DNA of 64,000 nucleotides from Frankiaceae bacterium (GCA_030840525.1 JAVEEI010000131.1:526-64525); one strand, 5' to 3'. Counted from the first letter of the stretch, positions 52,554 to 63,118 are shown. The notes: a model not told the origin generated them from the sequence alone. Numbers and translations: made by a program.

Positions 52554-55253
52554 TCAGCCCGACGACCAGCCGACGATGTCGACGACGAGACTCAGCGCGG
52601 CGGACGAGCCGTTGCGCACGGAGACCTTCGCGCCGCTGCCGAGCGGGACGAGGATCGTCGACCCGACCGGCGTCGTACCGCGAAGCTGCAGGTTGCCGGT
52701 GCCCGGCGCGGTGGTCCCCGCGGGCCAGGCGATGACGTACCCGTGCGCGGCGCCGGTCGCGGTCAGCGCGAGCAGCACGCTGTGCGCCGAAGCCGGTACG
52801 CCGACCGTCGCCGGGAGGGCCAGCGTCGTCGTGCCGTTGGCCGGCACCGTGACGGCGGCGAGCCGCCGCGGCGGCGCTACCAACGTCGTCGCCCCGCTGG
52901 CCGGCGACGCGGCGACCGGCACGAACCAGCCGAGCAGGTCCGCGGTCACCGCCGTCGGGTAGTGCGGCGACAGGCTCACCGACCCGGTCGAGTCGAGCGG
53001 CACGACCGTCGTCACGGTGCGCGACCCGCCCGGGCCGTACAGGTCGTACGCGCCGGTCCGCGTCCCGCCGGACGGCCAGGCCTGCAGGTACGACGACGTG
53101 GTCGGGTTGACGACGGTCAGCTGCAGCACGGCGGCCGAGGCGCCGGACGGCACGCCGTCGCGGCCGACGACCGGGAACGTCGCGGTGCCGCTGCCGGCGA
53201 TCGTCGTACCGGCCCGGCCGCCGAACAACCGGTACGCCGCGACGGCCTTGAGTGCGCTGCCCGCGGTCGAGTCCGGGCCGTAGTAGCCCTCGGTCATGAC
53301 GATCAGCCGGGTGGTGCCGGTGCTGTTGTTGGACACGTCGACGAGACCGCTCGTGCCGGCGTCGACGTAGACGGTCGCGCTGACCCGCTGGCCGGCCGCC
53401 CACGACAGCTGCGCGGTCGGCGGCTTCTTGCCGCCGTGCGGCCAGACGGTGAAGCTGCCGGCCGCGGTCGAGGTGAAGCTGACGACCTCGAGGGCGACCG
53501 CCTTGACGCCGCTGGAAGGCATCCCGCCGACCCCGGTCACTGCGACCGAGCGGGTCGCGCGCGCGGCGATGCCGCCGGTGCCGGTGTCGAGGATCACCGC
53601 GTGCCGCAACGGGTGGAACAGCAGCCGCGCCGACGGAGTCTGCGGCGGGGTGGTCGCGGCCGCGCCGGCACCCGCGGAGTTGTGCGCGACGATCGAGAAC
53701 ACGTACGTCGTGTCGTTGGTCAGCCCGGTGACCACCGCGCTGCGCGCGCTGGGCGCCAGCGTCACCGTCGGGATCGCGGGGCTCGCCGTGATCGTGTAGC
53801 TCGTGACCCCGCCGCCGCCGTCGCTCGACGGCGCGGCCCATTTCAACGAGACCTGCGCGTCGCCCGCGGTCGCGGTCACGCTCTGCGGCGCGGTCGGCTT
53901 CGTCACGACGACGGTGAACCACTCGCTCATCAGGCCGAGCGCGGACCGGAACGACGTGCCGGTCGTGTCTACCGAGCCGCGGCTGCCGGTCAGCGTCATG
54001 GTCAGCACCCGGCCGCCCCACTGCTCGCCGACGGTGTGGCCGTTCTGGTCGGTGCCGGACAGCCGCTCGCGCGAGTCGATCGTCAGCGAGCGGAACGAGC
54101 CGATCGCCGGGTACGCCGCTTGCAGCTGCGCCGCCGTCACGGTGTCGGACCAGCTATGGCTGTTCCAGCTCTCGGTCGGCCGGCCGTCCCACGCGTCCGG
54201 CCGCGACGGCAGGTAGGTCTGCCCGCCGTCCAATTCGAAGCCGCCGTTCGAGGCGGAGTACTGCGCGAAGATCGCGCGCCCCGACGAGTCGACCATGATC
54301 TGGCCCGCGGTCGCGTCGACCGCCGCGTCGCTCGTCGACGTCTTCGCGCCGCTGCTCGTCGTCCACGGGCAGTCGCTCGCGGCCGTCAGCTCGGCGCTGT
54401 AGCCGCCGTACGCCTGGTCGAAGGTGTTGTCGACGATCGTCGCGAAACTGCTGCGCGGGTTGGCGATCCGCCACGACGCGTAGCTGCGCGCGGCGACCGC
54501 CTGCGCGGCCAGGCCGTCGAGCCGCTTGGTGCCGCCGACGGTCGGGACCCACGAACACGGCATCTCCGACGGCACGACGCCGTACAGGTAGTGCTCGAGG
54601 GTGACGAGGTTCACCGTCATCCCGCTGCTGCTGCTCACCTTGTCGAACTGGATCGAGTCGCGGTAGGCGACCCGGGTGCCGCTCGGCCGGACGAGGGTGA
54701 CGACGTGCGCCCCTGCGGTGAACCGCAGCCACGTGCCCGACCACGTCGTCGTCGTGCCACCGGCCGGGGCTACGTCGGTCCACCCGCTGGACGTGTGGCC
54801 CTGCACCCGCAAGGTGCCGTCAGACGCGAGGGCGCCGCGCCACAGGTCGTAGGTCTTGCCGCCGACAGAGGCCGGCAGCACGAGGGTGTGACTCGCGCCG
54901 TCGAGGACGGTGAGACCGGTCACGGGGGCGACCGTCGTCGGCCCGGACCCGGCCGCGCTCAACTGCACCGCGATCGTGCCGCTCTTCGTCGCGAGCGCCG
55001 GTGCCGCGTAGTACCACGCGACGATCTGCTGCCACGTCTTGCCGGCTTCGGCGCCGCCGTACGCGCCCCACTGCGACAGGCCGTGGCCGTGACCGAACCC
55101 GTGGCCGGCGATGTGCAGTACGCCGTCGGCCGGCCGGTTGTAGGTCTCGGTCGCCGCGGCCGCCGGTGGCCCGAAGGCCACGAGCGCGGTGAGCAACGCG
55201 GCCGCGGTCGTCACCGCGGCGGTGACGGCACCGGTGCGTCGTCGTGGCCGCAT
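52554..55253 (-). CDS. SpoIID/LytB-domain protein with fibronectin-III and multiple β-rich repeat domains (about 900 aa, secreted)
   Basis: ATG (MRPRRRTGAVTAAVTTAAALLTALVAFG signal/TM). SpoIID-like segment (GAYGGAEAGKTWQQIVAWYY...DQAYGGYSAE...QYSASNGGF) and an FN3-like segment (PTAPQSVTATAGDAQVSLKWAAPSSDGGGGVTSYTIT). Confidence 0.8.
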   Translation of the reverse strand: MRPRRRTGAVTAAVTTAAALLTALVAFGPPAAAATETYNRPADGVLHIAGHGFGHGHGLSQWGAYGGAEAGKTWQQIVAWYYAAPALATKSGTIAVQLSAAGSGPTTVAPVTGLTVLDGASHTLVLPASVGGKTYDLWRGALASDGTLRVQGHTSSGWTDVAPAGGTTTTWSGTWLRFTAGAHVVTLVRPSGTRVAYRDSIQFDKVSSSSGMTVNLVTLEHYLYGVVPSEMPCSWVPTVGGTKRLDGLAAQAVAARSYASWRIANPRSSFATIVDNTFDQAYGGYSAELTAASDCPWTTSSGAKTSTSDAAVDATAGQIMVDSSGRAIFAQYSASNGGFELDGGQTYLPSRPDAWDGRPTESWNSHSWSDTVTAAQLQAAYPAIGSFRSLTIDSRERLSGTDQNGHTVGEQWGGRVLTMTLTGSRGSVDTTGTSFRSALGLMSEWFTVVVTKPTAPQSVTATAGDAQVSLKWAAPSSDGGGGVTSYTITASPAIPTVTLAPSARSAVVTGLTNDTTYVFSIVAHNSAGAGAAATTPPQTPSARLLFHPLRHAVILDTGTGGIAARATRSVAVTGVGGMPSSGVKAVALEVVSFTSTAAGSFTVWPHGGKKPPTAQLSWAAGQRVSATVYVDAGTSGLVDVSNNSTGTTRLIVMTEGYYGPDSTAGSALKAVAAYRLFGGRAGTTIAGSGTATFPVVGRDGVPSGASAAVLQLTVVNPTTSSYLQAWPSGGTRTGAYDLYGPGGSRTVTTVVPLDSTGSVSLSPHYPTAVTADLLGWFVPVAASPASGATTLVAPPRRLAAVTVPANGTTTLALPATVGVPASAHSVLLALTATGAAHGYVIAWPAGTTAPGTGNLQLRGTTPVGSTILVPLGSGAKVSVRNGSSAALSLVVDIVGWSSG

Positions 55254-55282
55254 CGACTCACCGTAACCGCGCGCCGCGCGGA

Positions 55283-58051
55283 TCACCGGGTCGACACGGA
55301 GACGGTACGGGAAGCTCGACCCGCCGCCACACACCAGAAGTCGCTCGGGTGGTCGACCATCCGCTTGAGCGACCAGCGGCCGAGCGAGTTGACGGTCAGC
55401 GTGCCGATCAGGGTGCGGACGGTGGTGCCGTGGAACCGTTGGTACACCGCGACTTTCCAGCCGGGCACGCCCGTCCCTGCGATGGTCACGACCGTTCGTC
55501 GTAGCACCGACGCCGGTGCGCTGAGTGTCGGCGCGACGAGCACTTGCTTCGTCGCGGTCTGGCCGCTCGGTGTCTGCACGGCCCACTCGATGTCGCGGCG
55601 CAGCGCCACCGCGAGGGTGAACGCGCCGGTGCGCGGGTCGGCCGTCGCCGTCGCCGTCCACGCGAACGTCTTCGCCCCTACGGCGCGGGTGTAGAGCTTC
55701 ACCCGGTCGCCGGGGACGGCCTTGCCGGTGTAGCCGACCGGGACGCCGTAGTGGCCGCTGGCCGGCGCGGTCGCGGTCGGAGCGAACGTCGGCAGCACGG
55801 TCGTCGTACCGGTCGCGTCCGCGCCGTAGCCGGTCGACACCCGCCACGGCAACGACGACGACGTCGCCACCGCCGGCAGCGTGACTTTCGCCGTGAACGC
55901 GCCGGTCGGCGCCGCGGTCACCATGGCCGCGACCGCGAACGACGACGCGCCGGGCGGCTTGGTGAGGACGCGTACGGCGACCGGCGCATGGCCGGCGTTG
56001 CCGGTGACTGTGAGGGTCCGGGCCGAGTAGCCGGTCGACGGCGCCGACGCGGCCGGCGGGTCGACCGGGTAGACGGTGAGCGGTGTCGACGAGAGCCCGC
56101 GGGCGTCGGTGACGGCGACCGACACCGGGATCGAAGGTGTCGTCACCGCCGACCACGACCCGTTGGCGGCGACCGCGGCGGGCAGCGTCGCTTGCGTCGT
56201 GCCGGTCGACAGCGAGGTCGTGGTCAGGGTGACCTGCGGACCGGCCGACGGCAGCGCCGTACCGGCCAGCCGCAACGCCGTTGCCTTCGTCAGGAACACC
56301 GTGTTGCCGGTCGCGACCGGCGACGTGACGACCGGCGCGACCCTGGTGCTGCGCGACGGCGTCGAGTAGCCGTTCACGGCCGCGGACCACGTGTAGTCCT
56401 CGTCGGCGGTGAACGTCGCGGTCCACGTCGGCGCGGTCGTGTGGATGAGCTGCGCGGGCAGCGCAGTGCCGGCGCGGGTCAGCGACAGCGTGACGTCACT
56501 CCCGGTCGGCGCGGTGCCGGTGAGCTTCACCTGCTGGCCGTAGCCGGCCACCGCCGGACCGGTCACGGTGACCGGCGGGGTGACGGTGACCTTGGTCGAG
56601 TAGGGCAGCGCGCTGCTCGACGACGTCGTGCTCGACAGCAGCACGGTGTAGGTGCCCGGCGGGACCGGAGCGCCGAGGTCGTCGGTGCCGTCCCACGTAC
56701 CCGCGATCGGCGCGGTCGGCGTCGCGCTGCCGGTGAGGCTGCGGACGACGTTGCCGGTCGAGTTCGTGACGGTGAGCGTCCACGCCTGCGACCGGAGCAC
56801 GCCGGAGTGCACGGAGACGGCCTGCCCGGAGAGCATGCGGATCGACGTCGGGCTGACCGTCGGCGCGACGAGACCGGCGCCGATCAACGACTTCACCGCG
56901 GACCGGATCGTCGGAAGCTGCGCGTACGCCGCGCTGCCCGGGCAGGTCGTCGTGTCGGCGTCGCGGTGACCCGACACGACCTTGAACGTGACGGTCGAGC
57001 CGGCGGCGTACCGCGACCCGCCGAACGATCCCGCGAGCATCGTGGTCGTCGCCGTCGGGTCGCGGTAGTACGCGCCGAGCCGCCAGGCGAACAGCTTCTC
57101 CGTCGCGCTGACCATCGCGGCCGGCGGCGCCGTGCTGGTGAAGTTGCCGATGAGCGACGTGCCGAACGAGTCGGTGTTGAAGCCGCCGGTGTGGGCGCCG
57201 ATGACCGGCTTCGTGATGCCGCCGTACCGGCCTTCCCAGATGCGGCCGAACCGGTCGACGAGGAAGTTGTAGCCGATGTCGCACCAGCCGTTGGACTCGA
57301 CGTGGTACGCGTAGATCGAGCGGATGATCGAGGGCACCGCGCTGCTGGGGTAGCCGTTGGCACCGTCGGTGTGGTGGATGAAGCCCATCTTGACCGTCGA
57401 GCCGTAGTCCGGGGTGCCGCAGCCGGAGTTGTACGTGCGCAGCCGCTCGTCCGCGCCCCACTGCGCGCGGGTGTAGACGGTCGGCTGCGACATCGCGGCG
57501 GCCGCGGTCGACATCGCGGTCGCGGGGTGGGCGGCCGCGTCGGCCGGGCTGCTGCCGCCGTCGACGAGTACGACGGACAGGCCCGCGGGTGCGGTCGCCG
57601 GCCGGTCGCCGCGCGCCGAGACGACGCGGGCCTCGACGCCGTCCGCGGACCCGACCCACAGCGGGTCGGTCGCGGTGACGTGCCGGTGCGCGGCGGCGCG
57701 CGCGTCGCGGCTACCGTCGTCCGGGCCGCCGTCGGGCAGCGTCAGCGGGTTCCAGCCCGACCACGTGCCGTGCTGGCGGACCCGGATCTGGACCTGCGCG
57801 CCGGCGGCGAGGCTGCCGCTGCGCCAGGTCGCGCCGACGAGACCGAACTTCTGCGTGGCCCGCCGGCCGGTGTCCGCGACGACGCCGCGCGTGGCCGGCA
57901 GCGCCGTGACCGCGATCATCGACGTGGCCGGCGCAACGGGATGCGCGTCGACGCTCGGCGAGCCGACGACCGGCGCGCCGACGACGACGGCGGTGGCGGC
58001 AAGGACGAGACCGGCAACGGCGGGCACCGAGGCGGCGGACAAGCGGGGCAC
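55283..58051 (-). CDS. N-acetylmuramoyl-L-alanine amidase (Amidase_2/PGRP domain) with a long Ig-like repeat tail (922 aa, secreted)
   Basis: Signal peptide. Amidase_2 core (GFIHHTDGANGY...YAYHVESNGWCDIGYNFLVDRFGRIWEGRYGG...GAHTGGFN...SGHRDADTTTCPG), then about 550 aa of Thr/Ala/Val-rich β repeats. Confidence 0.8.
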   Translation of the reverse strand: MPRLSAASVPAVAGLVLAATAVVVGAPVVGSPSVDAHPVAPATSMIAVTALPATRGVVADTGRRATQKFGLVGATWRSGSLAAGAQVQIRVRQHGTWSGWNPLTLPDGGPDDGSRDARAAAHRHVTATDPLWVGSADGVEARVVSARGDRPATAPAGLSVVLVDGGSSPADAAAHPATAMSTAAAAMSQPTVYTRAQWGADERLRTYNSGCGTPDYGSTVKMGFIHHTDGANGYPSSAVPSIIRSIYAYHVESNGWCDIGYNFLVDRFGRIWEGRYGGITKPVIGAHTGGFNTDSFGTSLIGNFTSTAPPAAMVSATEKLFAWRLGAYYRDPTATTTMLAGSFGGSRYAAGSTVTFKVVSGHRDADTTTCPGSAAYAQLPTIRSAVKSLIGAGLVAPTVSPTSIRMLSGQAVSVHSGVLRSQAWTLTVTNSTGNVVRSLTGSATPTAPIAGTWDGTDDLGAPVPPGTYTVLLSSTTSSSSALPYSTKVTVTPPVTVTGPAVAGYGQQVKLTGTAPTGSDVTLSLTRAGTALPAQLIHTTAPTWTATFTADEDYTWSAAVNGYSTPSRSTRVAPVVTSPVATGNTVFLTKATALRLAGTALPSAGPQVTLTTTSLSTGTTQATLPAAVAANGSWSAVTTPSIPVSVAVTDARGLSSTPLTVYPVDPPAASAPSTGYSARTLTVTGNAGHAPVAVRVLTKPPGASSFAVAAMVTAAPTGAFTAKVTLPAVATSSSLPWRVSTGYGADATGTTTVLPTFAPTATAPASGHYGVPVGYTGKAVPGDRVKLYTRAVGAKTFAWTATATADPRTGAFTLAVALRRDIEWAVQTPSGQTATKQVLVAPTLSAPASVLRRTVVTIAGTGVPGWKVAVYQRFHGTTVRTLIGTLTVNSLGRWSLKRMVDHPSDFWCVAAGRASRTVSVSTR

Positions 58052-58263
58052 GTGAACATCTCCAGCGGGCAGCGGCGGCGGCTTTCGGGCGCGGGTCGTC
58101 GTGAGAGGAATCGGCTCTACCCTGCCGTCACTTCAGTCACATGGCCACCGTCGCGGCCAAACTCACAGGATCCGGGCACGCCGGTCAGCCAGGACTTCCC
58201 CGGGCGCCACCCTGCTCGCCTCGCGCGCGGGTTCCGGCCTGCCCGCGCGGGTACACGGACGCG

Positions 58264-59130
58264 GTGACGACCCCGTACCCGGACGAGCAAGGCGAGGAGA
58301 CCCCAGGCGCCGGCGGCCTCAACGAGCAAGCGGTGGAGGACACGCTCCAGCGCACGGTCGAGGAAGGCCGGCGCCGGATGCACCGCAAGTTCCTGCCGTT
58401 GCTGTCGACCGGCCTGGTCGGCGGGATCGACGTCGGCACCGGCGTGATGGCGATGCTCGTCGTCGAGACGCGCACCGGCGACAAGCTGCTCGCCGGGCTG
58501 GCGTTCTCCATCGGCTTCGTCGCGCTCACGCTCGCCCGCAGCGAGTTGTTCACCGAGGACTTCCTGGTGCCGGTGAGCGCGGTCGTCGCGCGGCAGTCGC
58601 GGTTCCGCTCGCTGCTGCGGCTCTGGGGCGCGACCGCGTTGATGAACCTCGTCGGCGGTTGGATCCTCACGAAGCTCGTCATCGACGGGTTCCCGGATGT
58701 GCGCAAGACCGCCGTCGCGGCGGGGCAGCACTACATCGGCCTCGGCCTCGGCTGGCGCGCGTTCGCGCTGGCGCTGCTCGGTGGCGCGGCCATCACGTTG
58801 ATGACGTGGATGCAGCACGCGACCGAGTCCACGGGCGTCAAGCTGGTCCCGGCCGTGACGACCGGCTTCCTGCTCGCCGGGCTGCAGCTCAACCACGCGA
58901 TCGTCAACTCACTGCTCATCTTCGCGGGCCTGCACACCGGCCATACGTCGTACGGCTATCTCGACTGGGCCGCGACGGCGGGCTGGGCCGCGCTCGGCAA
59001 CATGGTCGGCGGCGTCGCGCTGGTCACGTTGCTGCGGATGCTGCAGGTGCCGCACAAGGTGCGCGAGCACGCGGAGAACCCGGCCCCGTGTGTCGAGGAT
59101 CGCAAGCAGTCGCAGACGATTGACGCGTGA
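58264..59130 (+). CDS. Formate/nitrite transporter family (FNT) channel
   Basis: Six-TM FNT pattern (FLPLLSTGLVGGIDVGTG; LARSELFTEDFL; LQLNHAIVNSLL). GTG at 58264; an upstream GTG at 58141 is possible. Confidence 0.7.
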   Translation: MTTPYPDEQGEETPGAGGLNEQAVEDTLQRTVEEGRRRMHRKFLPLLSTGLVGGIDVGTGVMAMLVVETRTGDKLLAGLAFSIGFVALTLARSELFTEDFLVPVSAVVARQSRFRSLLRLWGATALMNLVGGWILTKLVIDGFPDVRKTAVAAGQHYIGLGLGWRAFALALLGGAAITLMTWMQHATESTGVKLVPAVTTGFLLAGLQLNHAIVNSLLIFAGLHTGHTSYGYLDWAATAGWAALGNMVGGVALVTLLRMLQVPHKVREHAENPAPCVEDRKQSQTIDA

Positions 59131-59789
59131 GCGTCGCCGACCTGTTGGCTGCCGAGTTACGCCGCGACGGTGCGCGCCCGTTCCTGACCTGGTACGACGA
59201 CGCGACCGGCGAGCGGGTCGAGCTGTCGGTTTTGACGTTGGCCAACTGGGCGGCGAAGACCGCGAACCTGCTCGCCGACGACCACAGCTTGGAGCCCGGC
59301 GACCTCGTTCGGCTGGCGCCGCCGGACCACTGGCTCGCCGTCGTCGCGGCGATGGGCGCGTGGACGATGGGCGCGTGCGTGTGCGTGTCGGTCGACGCGG
59401 CCGATGCTCTCGACCTGCCTGGCGACGCGGCCAGGTTCATGGCCGCGGTGCTGCCGCAGCCGGACGCGTTGCTCACATCGCCGGCGCCGGCGACGAGCCC
59501 GGCGTTGCGCGGCGAGGCGAAGACGTGGACGGCGGCAGAGCTCGCCGACGCGGCCCGGCACGCGGCGCACGAGCATGCCGTTCCGTCCGGTGCGCGGGTG
59601 TTGTCGACGCTGCCGCTCGACACCGTCACGGGGGTGGACGCCAGCGTGCTGGTGCCACTGGCCGCCGGTGGCTCGGTCGTGTGGTGCGCGAACGCGGATA
59701 AGACGCGGCTGGCGGAACGCGCGCGGATGGAGCGGGCGACGCACACCGCCGGCTGCGACGTCGCCGGCCTGCCGCGACTCACGGACTAG
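59127..59789 (+). CDS. Conserved actinobacterial protein (TIGR03089-like)
   Basis: GTGA overlap with the FNT gene. RPFLTWYDDATGERVELSVLTLANWAAKTANLL is characteristic of this family. Confidence 0.5.
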   Translation: MSVADLLAAELRRDGARPFLTWYDDATGERVELSVLTLANWAAKTANLLADDHSLEPGDLVRLAPPDHWLAVVAAMGAWTMGACVCVSVDAADALDLPGDAARFMAAVLPQPDALLTSPAPATSPALRGEAKTWTAAELADAARHAAHEHAVPSGARVLSTLPLDTVTGVDASVLVPLAAGGSVVWCANADKTRLAERARMERATHTAGCDVAGLPRLTD

Positions 59790-59798
59790 CGCGTCGGC

Positions 59799-60473
59799 TC
59801 AGGCAGCGCCGAGCACTCCGACCGACATGACGGCCGGCTCGTCCGGCACCTCCAGCGGCGGCTCCGTCGCGGCGCGGACGTCGTCGACACTGACTCCCGG
59901 CGCGACCTCGCGCAGCACGAGCCCCGCGGAGGTCACGTCGATGACGGCAAGGTCGCTGACGATGCGCTGCACGACGCCGCGGCCGGTCAACGGCAGCGAG
60001 CACTCGCGCACGATTTTCGGGCTGCCGTCCTTGGCGACGTGCTCCATCAGCACGATGACTTTCTTCGCGCCGTGCACGAGATCCATTGCCCCGCCCATGC
60101 CTTTGATCATCTTGCCGGGGATGGTCCAGTTGGCGAGGTCGCCGGCGACCGACACCTGCATCGCGCCGAGGATCGCGGCGTCGACGTGCCCGCCGCGGAT
60201 CATCGCGAACGACGTCGCCGAGTCGAAGAACGCGGATCCCTTCAACACCGTCACCGTCTCCTTGCCGGCGTTGATGAGGTCCGGGTCCTCGTCGCCGTCG
60301 TACGGGTACGGGCCGACGCCGAGGATGCCGTTCTCGCTCTGCAGTACGACGGAGACGCCGGCCGGGAGGTAGTTGGGCACCAGCGTCGGCAGGCCGATCC
60401 CGAGGTTGACGTACGCGCCGTCGGTGAGCTCGAGCGCGGCACGCGCCGCCATCTGCTCGCGGGTCAACGTCAT
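59799..60473 (-). CDS. scoB: 3-oxoacid CoA-transferase subunit B
   Basis: [14 protein letters not shown]...ENG (catalytic Glu context)...GMGGAMDLV. Its ATG overlaps the scoA stop. Confidence 0.9.
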   Translation of the reverse strand: MTLTREQMAARAALELTDGAYVNLGIGLPTLVPNYLPAGVSVVLQSENGILGVGPYPYDGDEDPDLINAGKETVTVLKGSAFFDSATSFAMIRGGHVDAAILGAMQVSVAGDLANWTIPGKMIKGMGGAMDLVHGAKKVIVLMEHVAKDGSPKIVRECSLPLTGRGVVQRIVSDLAVIDVTSAGLVLREVAPGVSVDDVRAATEPPLEVPDEPAVMSVGVLGAA

Positions 60474-61249
60474 GCCGCACCTCCGGTCACGCGCTCCGGG
60501 CGCGGCCGCACCGTGCGCCGCTCGATCCGCTTCTCCTCGTCGGGCACGTGCACGACGCGTTGCACGAACACGCCCGGCAGGTGGACCGCGTCGGGGTTGA
60601 TCGCGCCGGGCTCGACGATCCGCTCGACTTGCGCGATGGTCACCCGGCCGGCCATCGCGCACAGCGGGTTGAAGTTGCGCGCGCTCTCGTGGAACACGAG
60701 GTTGCCGTGCCGGTCGCCGACCATCGCGTGCACGAGCGCGTAGTCGGTCGTGATCGCCTCTTCCAACACGTAGTCGCGGCCGCCGAACGAGCGCACCTCT
60801 TTCGGCGGGCTCGCGACCGCAGTCGAGCCGTCGGCGCCGTACCGCCAGGGCAGGCCGCCCTCGCTGATCTGCGTGCCGACACCGGTCGCGGTGAAGAACG
60901 CGGCGATGCCGGACCCGCCCGCGCGCAGCCGCTCGGCCAGCGTCCCCTGCGGCGTCAGCTCGAGCTCGAGCTCACCGGCGAGGTACTGCCGGGCGAACTC
61001 CTTGTTCTCGCCGACGTACGACGACGTCATCCGCGCGATGCGTTTCGCGTACAGCAGGATGCCGAGGCCCCACTCGTCGACGCCGCAGTTGTTCGACACG
61101 ACCGAGAGGTTGTCGACACCGGCGTCGTACAGGGCCTGGATGAGAACGGACGGGATGCCGCAGAGGCCGAAGCCGCCGACGGCGAGCGAGGCGCCGGACG
61201 GGATGTCGGCGACGGCGTCAGCGGCGCTGCTGACAGTCTTGTCGATCAC
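60470..61249 (-). CDS. scoA: 3-oxoacid CoA-transferase subunit A
   Basis: [32 protein letters not shown] is the typical subunit-A N-terminus. Confidence 0.9.
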   Translation of the reverse strand: MIDKTVSSAADAVADIPSGASLAVGGFGLCGIPSVLIQALYDAGVDNLSVVSNNCGVDEWGLGILLYAKRIARMTSSYVGENKEFARQYLAGELELELTPQGTLAERLRAGGSGIAAFFTATGVGTQISEGGLPWRYGADGSTAVASPPKEVRSFGGRDYVLEEAITTDYALVHAMVGDRHGNLVFHESARNFNPLCAMAGRVTIAQVERIVEPGAINPDAVHLPGVFVQRVVHVPDEEKRIERRTVRPRPERVTGGAA

Positions 61250-61265
61250 GCGCTAGACCATAACC

Positions 61266-61931
61266 GTGACGGGGACCGGCGACACGGATCCGGTGCTGGC
61301 CGCGCAGCTCCGCTACTACCGCGAGCGCGCGGCCGAGTACGACGCGACCAGCTACGGCGACGAGCGCGCGTTCGTCGGCCCGGTCGCGCGGACGATCGAA
61401 CCGCTCGGCGACGTGCTCGAGCTGGCCTGCGGCACCGGCGTCTGGACCCGCGAGCTGGCACCGCGGGCGGCGTCGTACCTCGCCGTCGACGCGGCCCCGG
61501 AGATGCTCGCCTTCGCCGCCGCGAACCTCGACGGCCCCGACAGCACCGCCGTCGAGCTGCGCTGCGCCGACGTGTTCGACCTGGGTCTAGGCCGCGAGTT
61601 CGACACCGTGTTCTTCGCCGCCTGGATATCGCACGTGCCGCCGGATCGGTTCGCCGAGTTCTGGGCGTCGGTCGCGTCCGTGCTCCGGCCCGGCGGCCGC
61701 GCCGTCTTCCTCGACGAGCTACCCGAGCGCGCCCGGAACGAGACCGAGCTCGCCGGCTCGATGGCGACGCGAACGCTCGCCGACGGGTCGCGGCACCGGA
61801 TCGTCAAGGTGTTCTATGACCCGGACGATCTGGTGGCGCGGCTGCGCGAGCTCGGCTGGGAGACCACGGTGACGCGGACGCCCAACGACTGGTTCGTCGC
61901 GACCGCGCGGCCGGCTCAGCGCCAGGGGTAG
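61266..61931 (+). CDS. Class I SAM-dependent methyltransferase
   Basis: SAM-binding motif I (VLELACGTGVWT) and the post-I acidic residue (LAVDAAPEM). Confidence 0.7.
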   Translation: MTGTGDTDPVLAAQLRYYRERAAEYDATSYGDERAFVGPVARTIEPLGDVLELACGTGVWTRELAPRAASYLAVDAAPEMLAFAAANLDGPDSTAVELRCADVFDLGLGREFDTVFFAAWISHVPPDRFAEFWASVASVLRPGGRAVFLDELPERARNETELAGSMATRTLADGSRHRIVKVFYDPDDLVARLRELGWETTVTRTPNDWFVATARPAQRQG

Positions 61932-63037
61932 GCGCCGAGCGCGGCCCACTGCGGCGTGCGCGTCTCGCTGTAGACGTAGAGGCTCGCGCCGATCGCGCCG
62001 GCCCGCCTGCCGGCGTCGAGGAACCGCCAGATCTCGCGGCCCGACGGCATCCCGCGGCGGCCGCCGTCGGGGCCCATGTCGTAGGACTGCCCGACGAGGT
62101 GCACCGGCCGGAGCTTCGCCAGCGCGCGCACCGATTGCACGGCGAGGGTGCCCGGCTCGCTGCACGACCAGTAGACCATCGGCGCGAACACGTCGACGTA
62201 CGGCGCTTCGGCGCGGTACGGGTACGTCTTCAGCTGGTACGGCGTGGGCCGCATCACGGTCGCGACGACCGGCAGGTTGCCGGCCGCGCGGCGGACCAGC
62301 GACAGGTAGAGCGCGACCCGGCGCGGCGCGTTGAAGGTGCCTTCGTTGATGGTCTCGATGTCGGGGCTGAAGCCGTCGATGTGCTGGCCGGCGAACGTGC
62401 CGGTGATGGCGGCGACTGCGCGCTTCGCGTCGGCGACCGGGTCGGAGAGCGCCGGGAAGTCCCAGGCGACGACCGACAGGCCGGCCGCGTGCGCCAGCGG
62501 CAGCAACGGCGTGAGGAACTTCGCGCCGTACCAGCCCTGCTTGGTCCCGCCGGTGCGCACCCATAGCTGGGTCAGCCCGGCGCCCTTCGCCTGCCGGACG
62601 ACCTTTGCCGCGTCGAGCGTGCTGTCCGGCCACGTGGTCAGCCACATGCCCTTGCCGCTGACCGCGGCCAGGTCGACGTGGCGGGTGCGGGGTACGGCGA
62701 CCGGTGCCGGCAGCTTCGCGGTCGGTACGGCGGGCGTCGGCGGGTGGAACGGCGGGCCCGGCGGCCGGGGGCGCGGCGGGCAGCCCGTCGGGTACGCCGG
62801 CGGCGCGGGGATCGCGTACAGCGGGCCGGTCGCTCTCGCCGGCTTCGGCTTGGGTTTGGGCTTCGGCGTCGTCCGGGCCGGCGCAGGCGCGGTCGGCGTA
62901 GGGGCTGGTGGGAGCACGGGTGCGGTGTGCGCGGCGGGACGCGGCGCGTCATGCCCGGGCTGCAGCGTCGCCGCCACCCCGACGCCGCTTGCGAACACCC
63001 CGACGGCAGCGACCGCCACCCACCGCTCCAGTCGCAT
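61916..63037 (-). CDS. Secreted/membrane-anchored protein with a Pro-rich (PKPKPKPKP) linker and a possible glycoside-hydrolase-like TIM-barrel domain
   Basis: ATG (MRLERWVAVAAVGVFASG) signal anchor, a proline-rich linker and a 250-aa C-terminal domain. Its C-terminal 16 nt overlap the convergent methyltransferase gene. Confidence 0.45.
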   Translation of the reverse strand: MRLERWVAVAAVGVFASGVGVAATLQPGHDAPRPAAHTAPVLPPAPTPTAPAPARTTPKPKPKPKPARATGPLYAIPAPPAYPTGCPPRPRPPGPPFHPPTPAVPTAKLPAPVAVPRTRHVDLAAVSGKGMWLTTWPDSTLDAAKVVRQAKGAGLTQLWVRTGGTKQGWYGAKFLTPLLPLAHAAGLSVVAWDFPALSDPVADAKRAVAAITGTFAGQHIDGFSPDIETINEGTFNAPRRVALYLSLVRRAAGNLPVVATVMRPTPYQLKTYPYRAEAPYVDVFAPMVYWSCSEPGTLAVQSVRALAKLRPVHLVGQSYDMGPDGGRRGMPSGREIWRFLDAGRRAGAIGASLYVYSETRTPQWAALGAYPWR

Positions 63038-63118
63038 GACCCGATTGTGCGCGCCCCACCCCGTCGAGTGTGACGAAATACGTCTTTTCAGGCCGTCAGA
63101 GGACGAGTTTCGTCGCAC

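Noticed and set aside
52482-55694. 1070-aa plus-strand ORF
   Set aside because: It is antisense to the SpoIID-like gene and rich in Arg/Gly/Asp.
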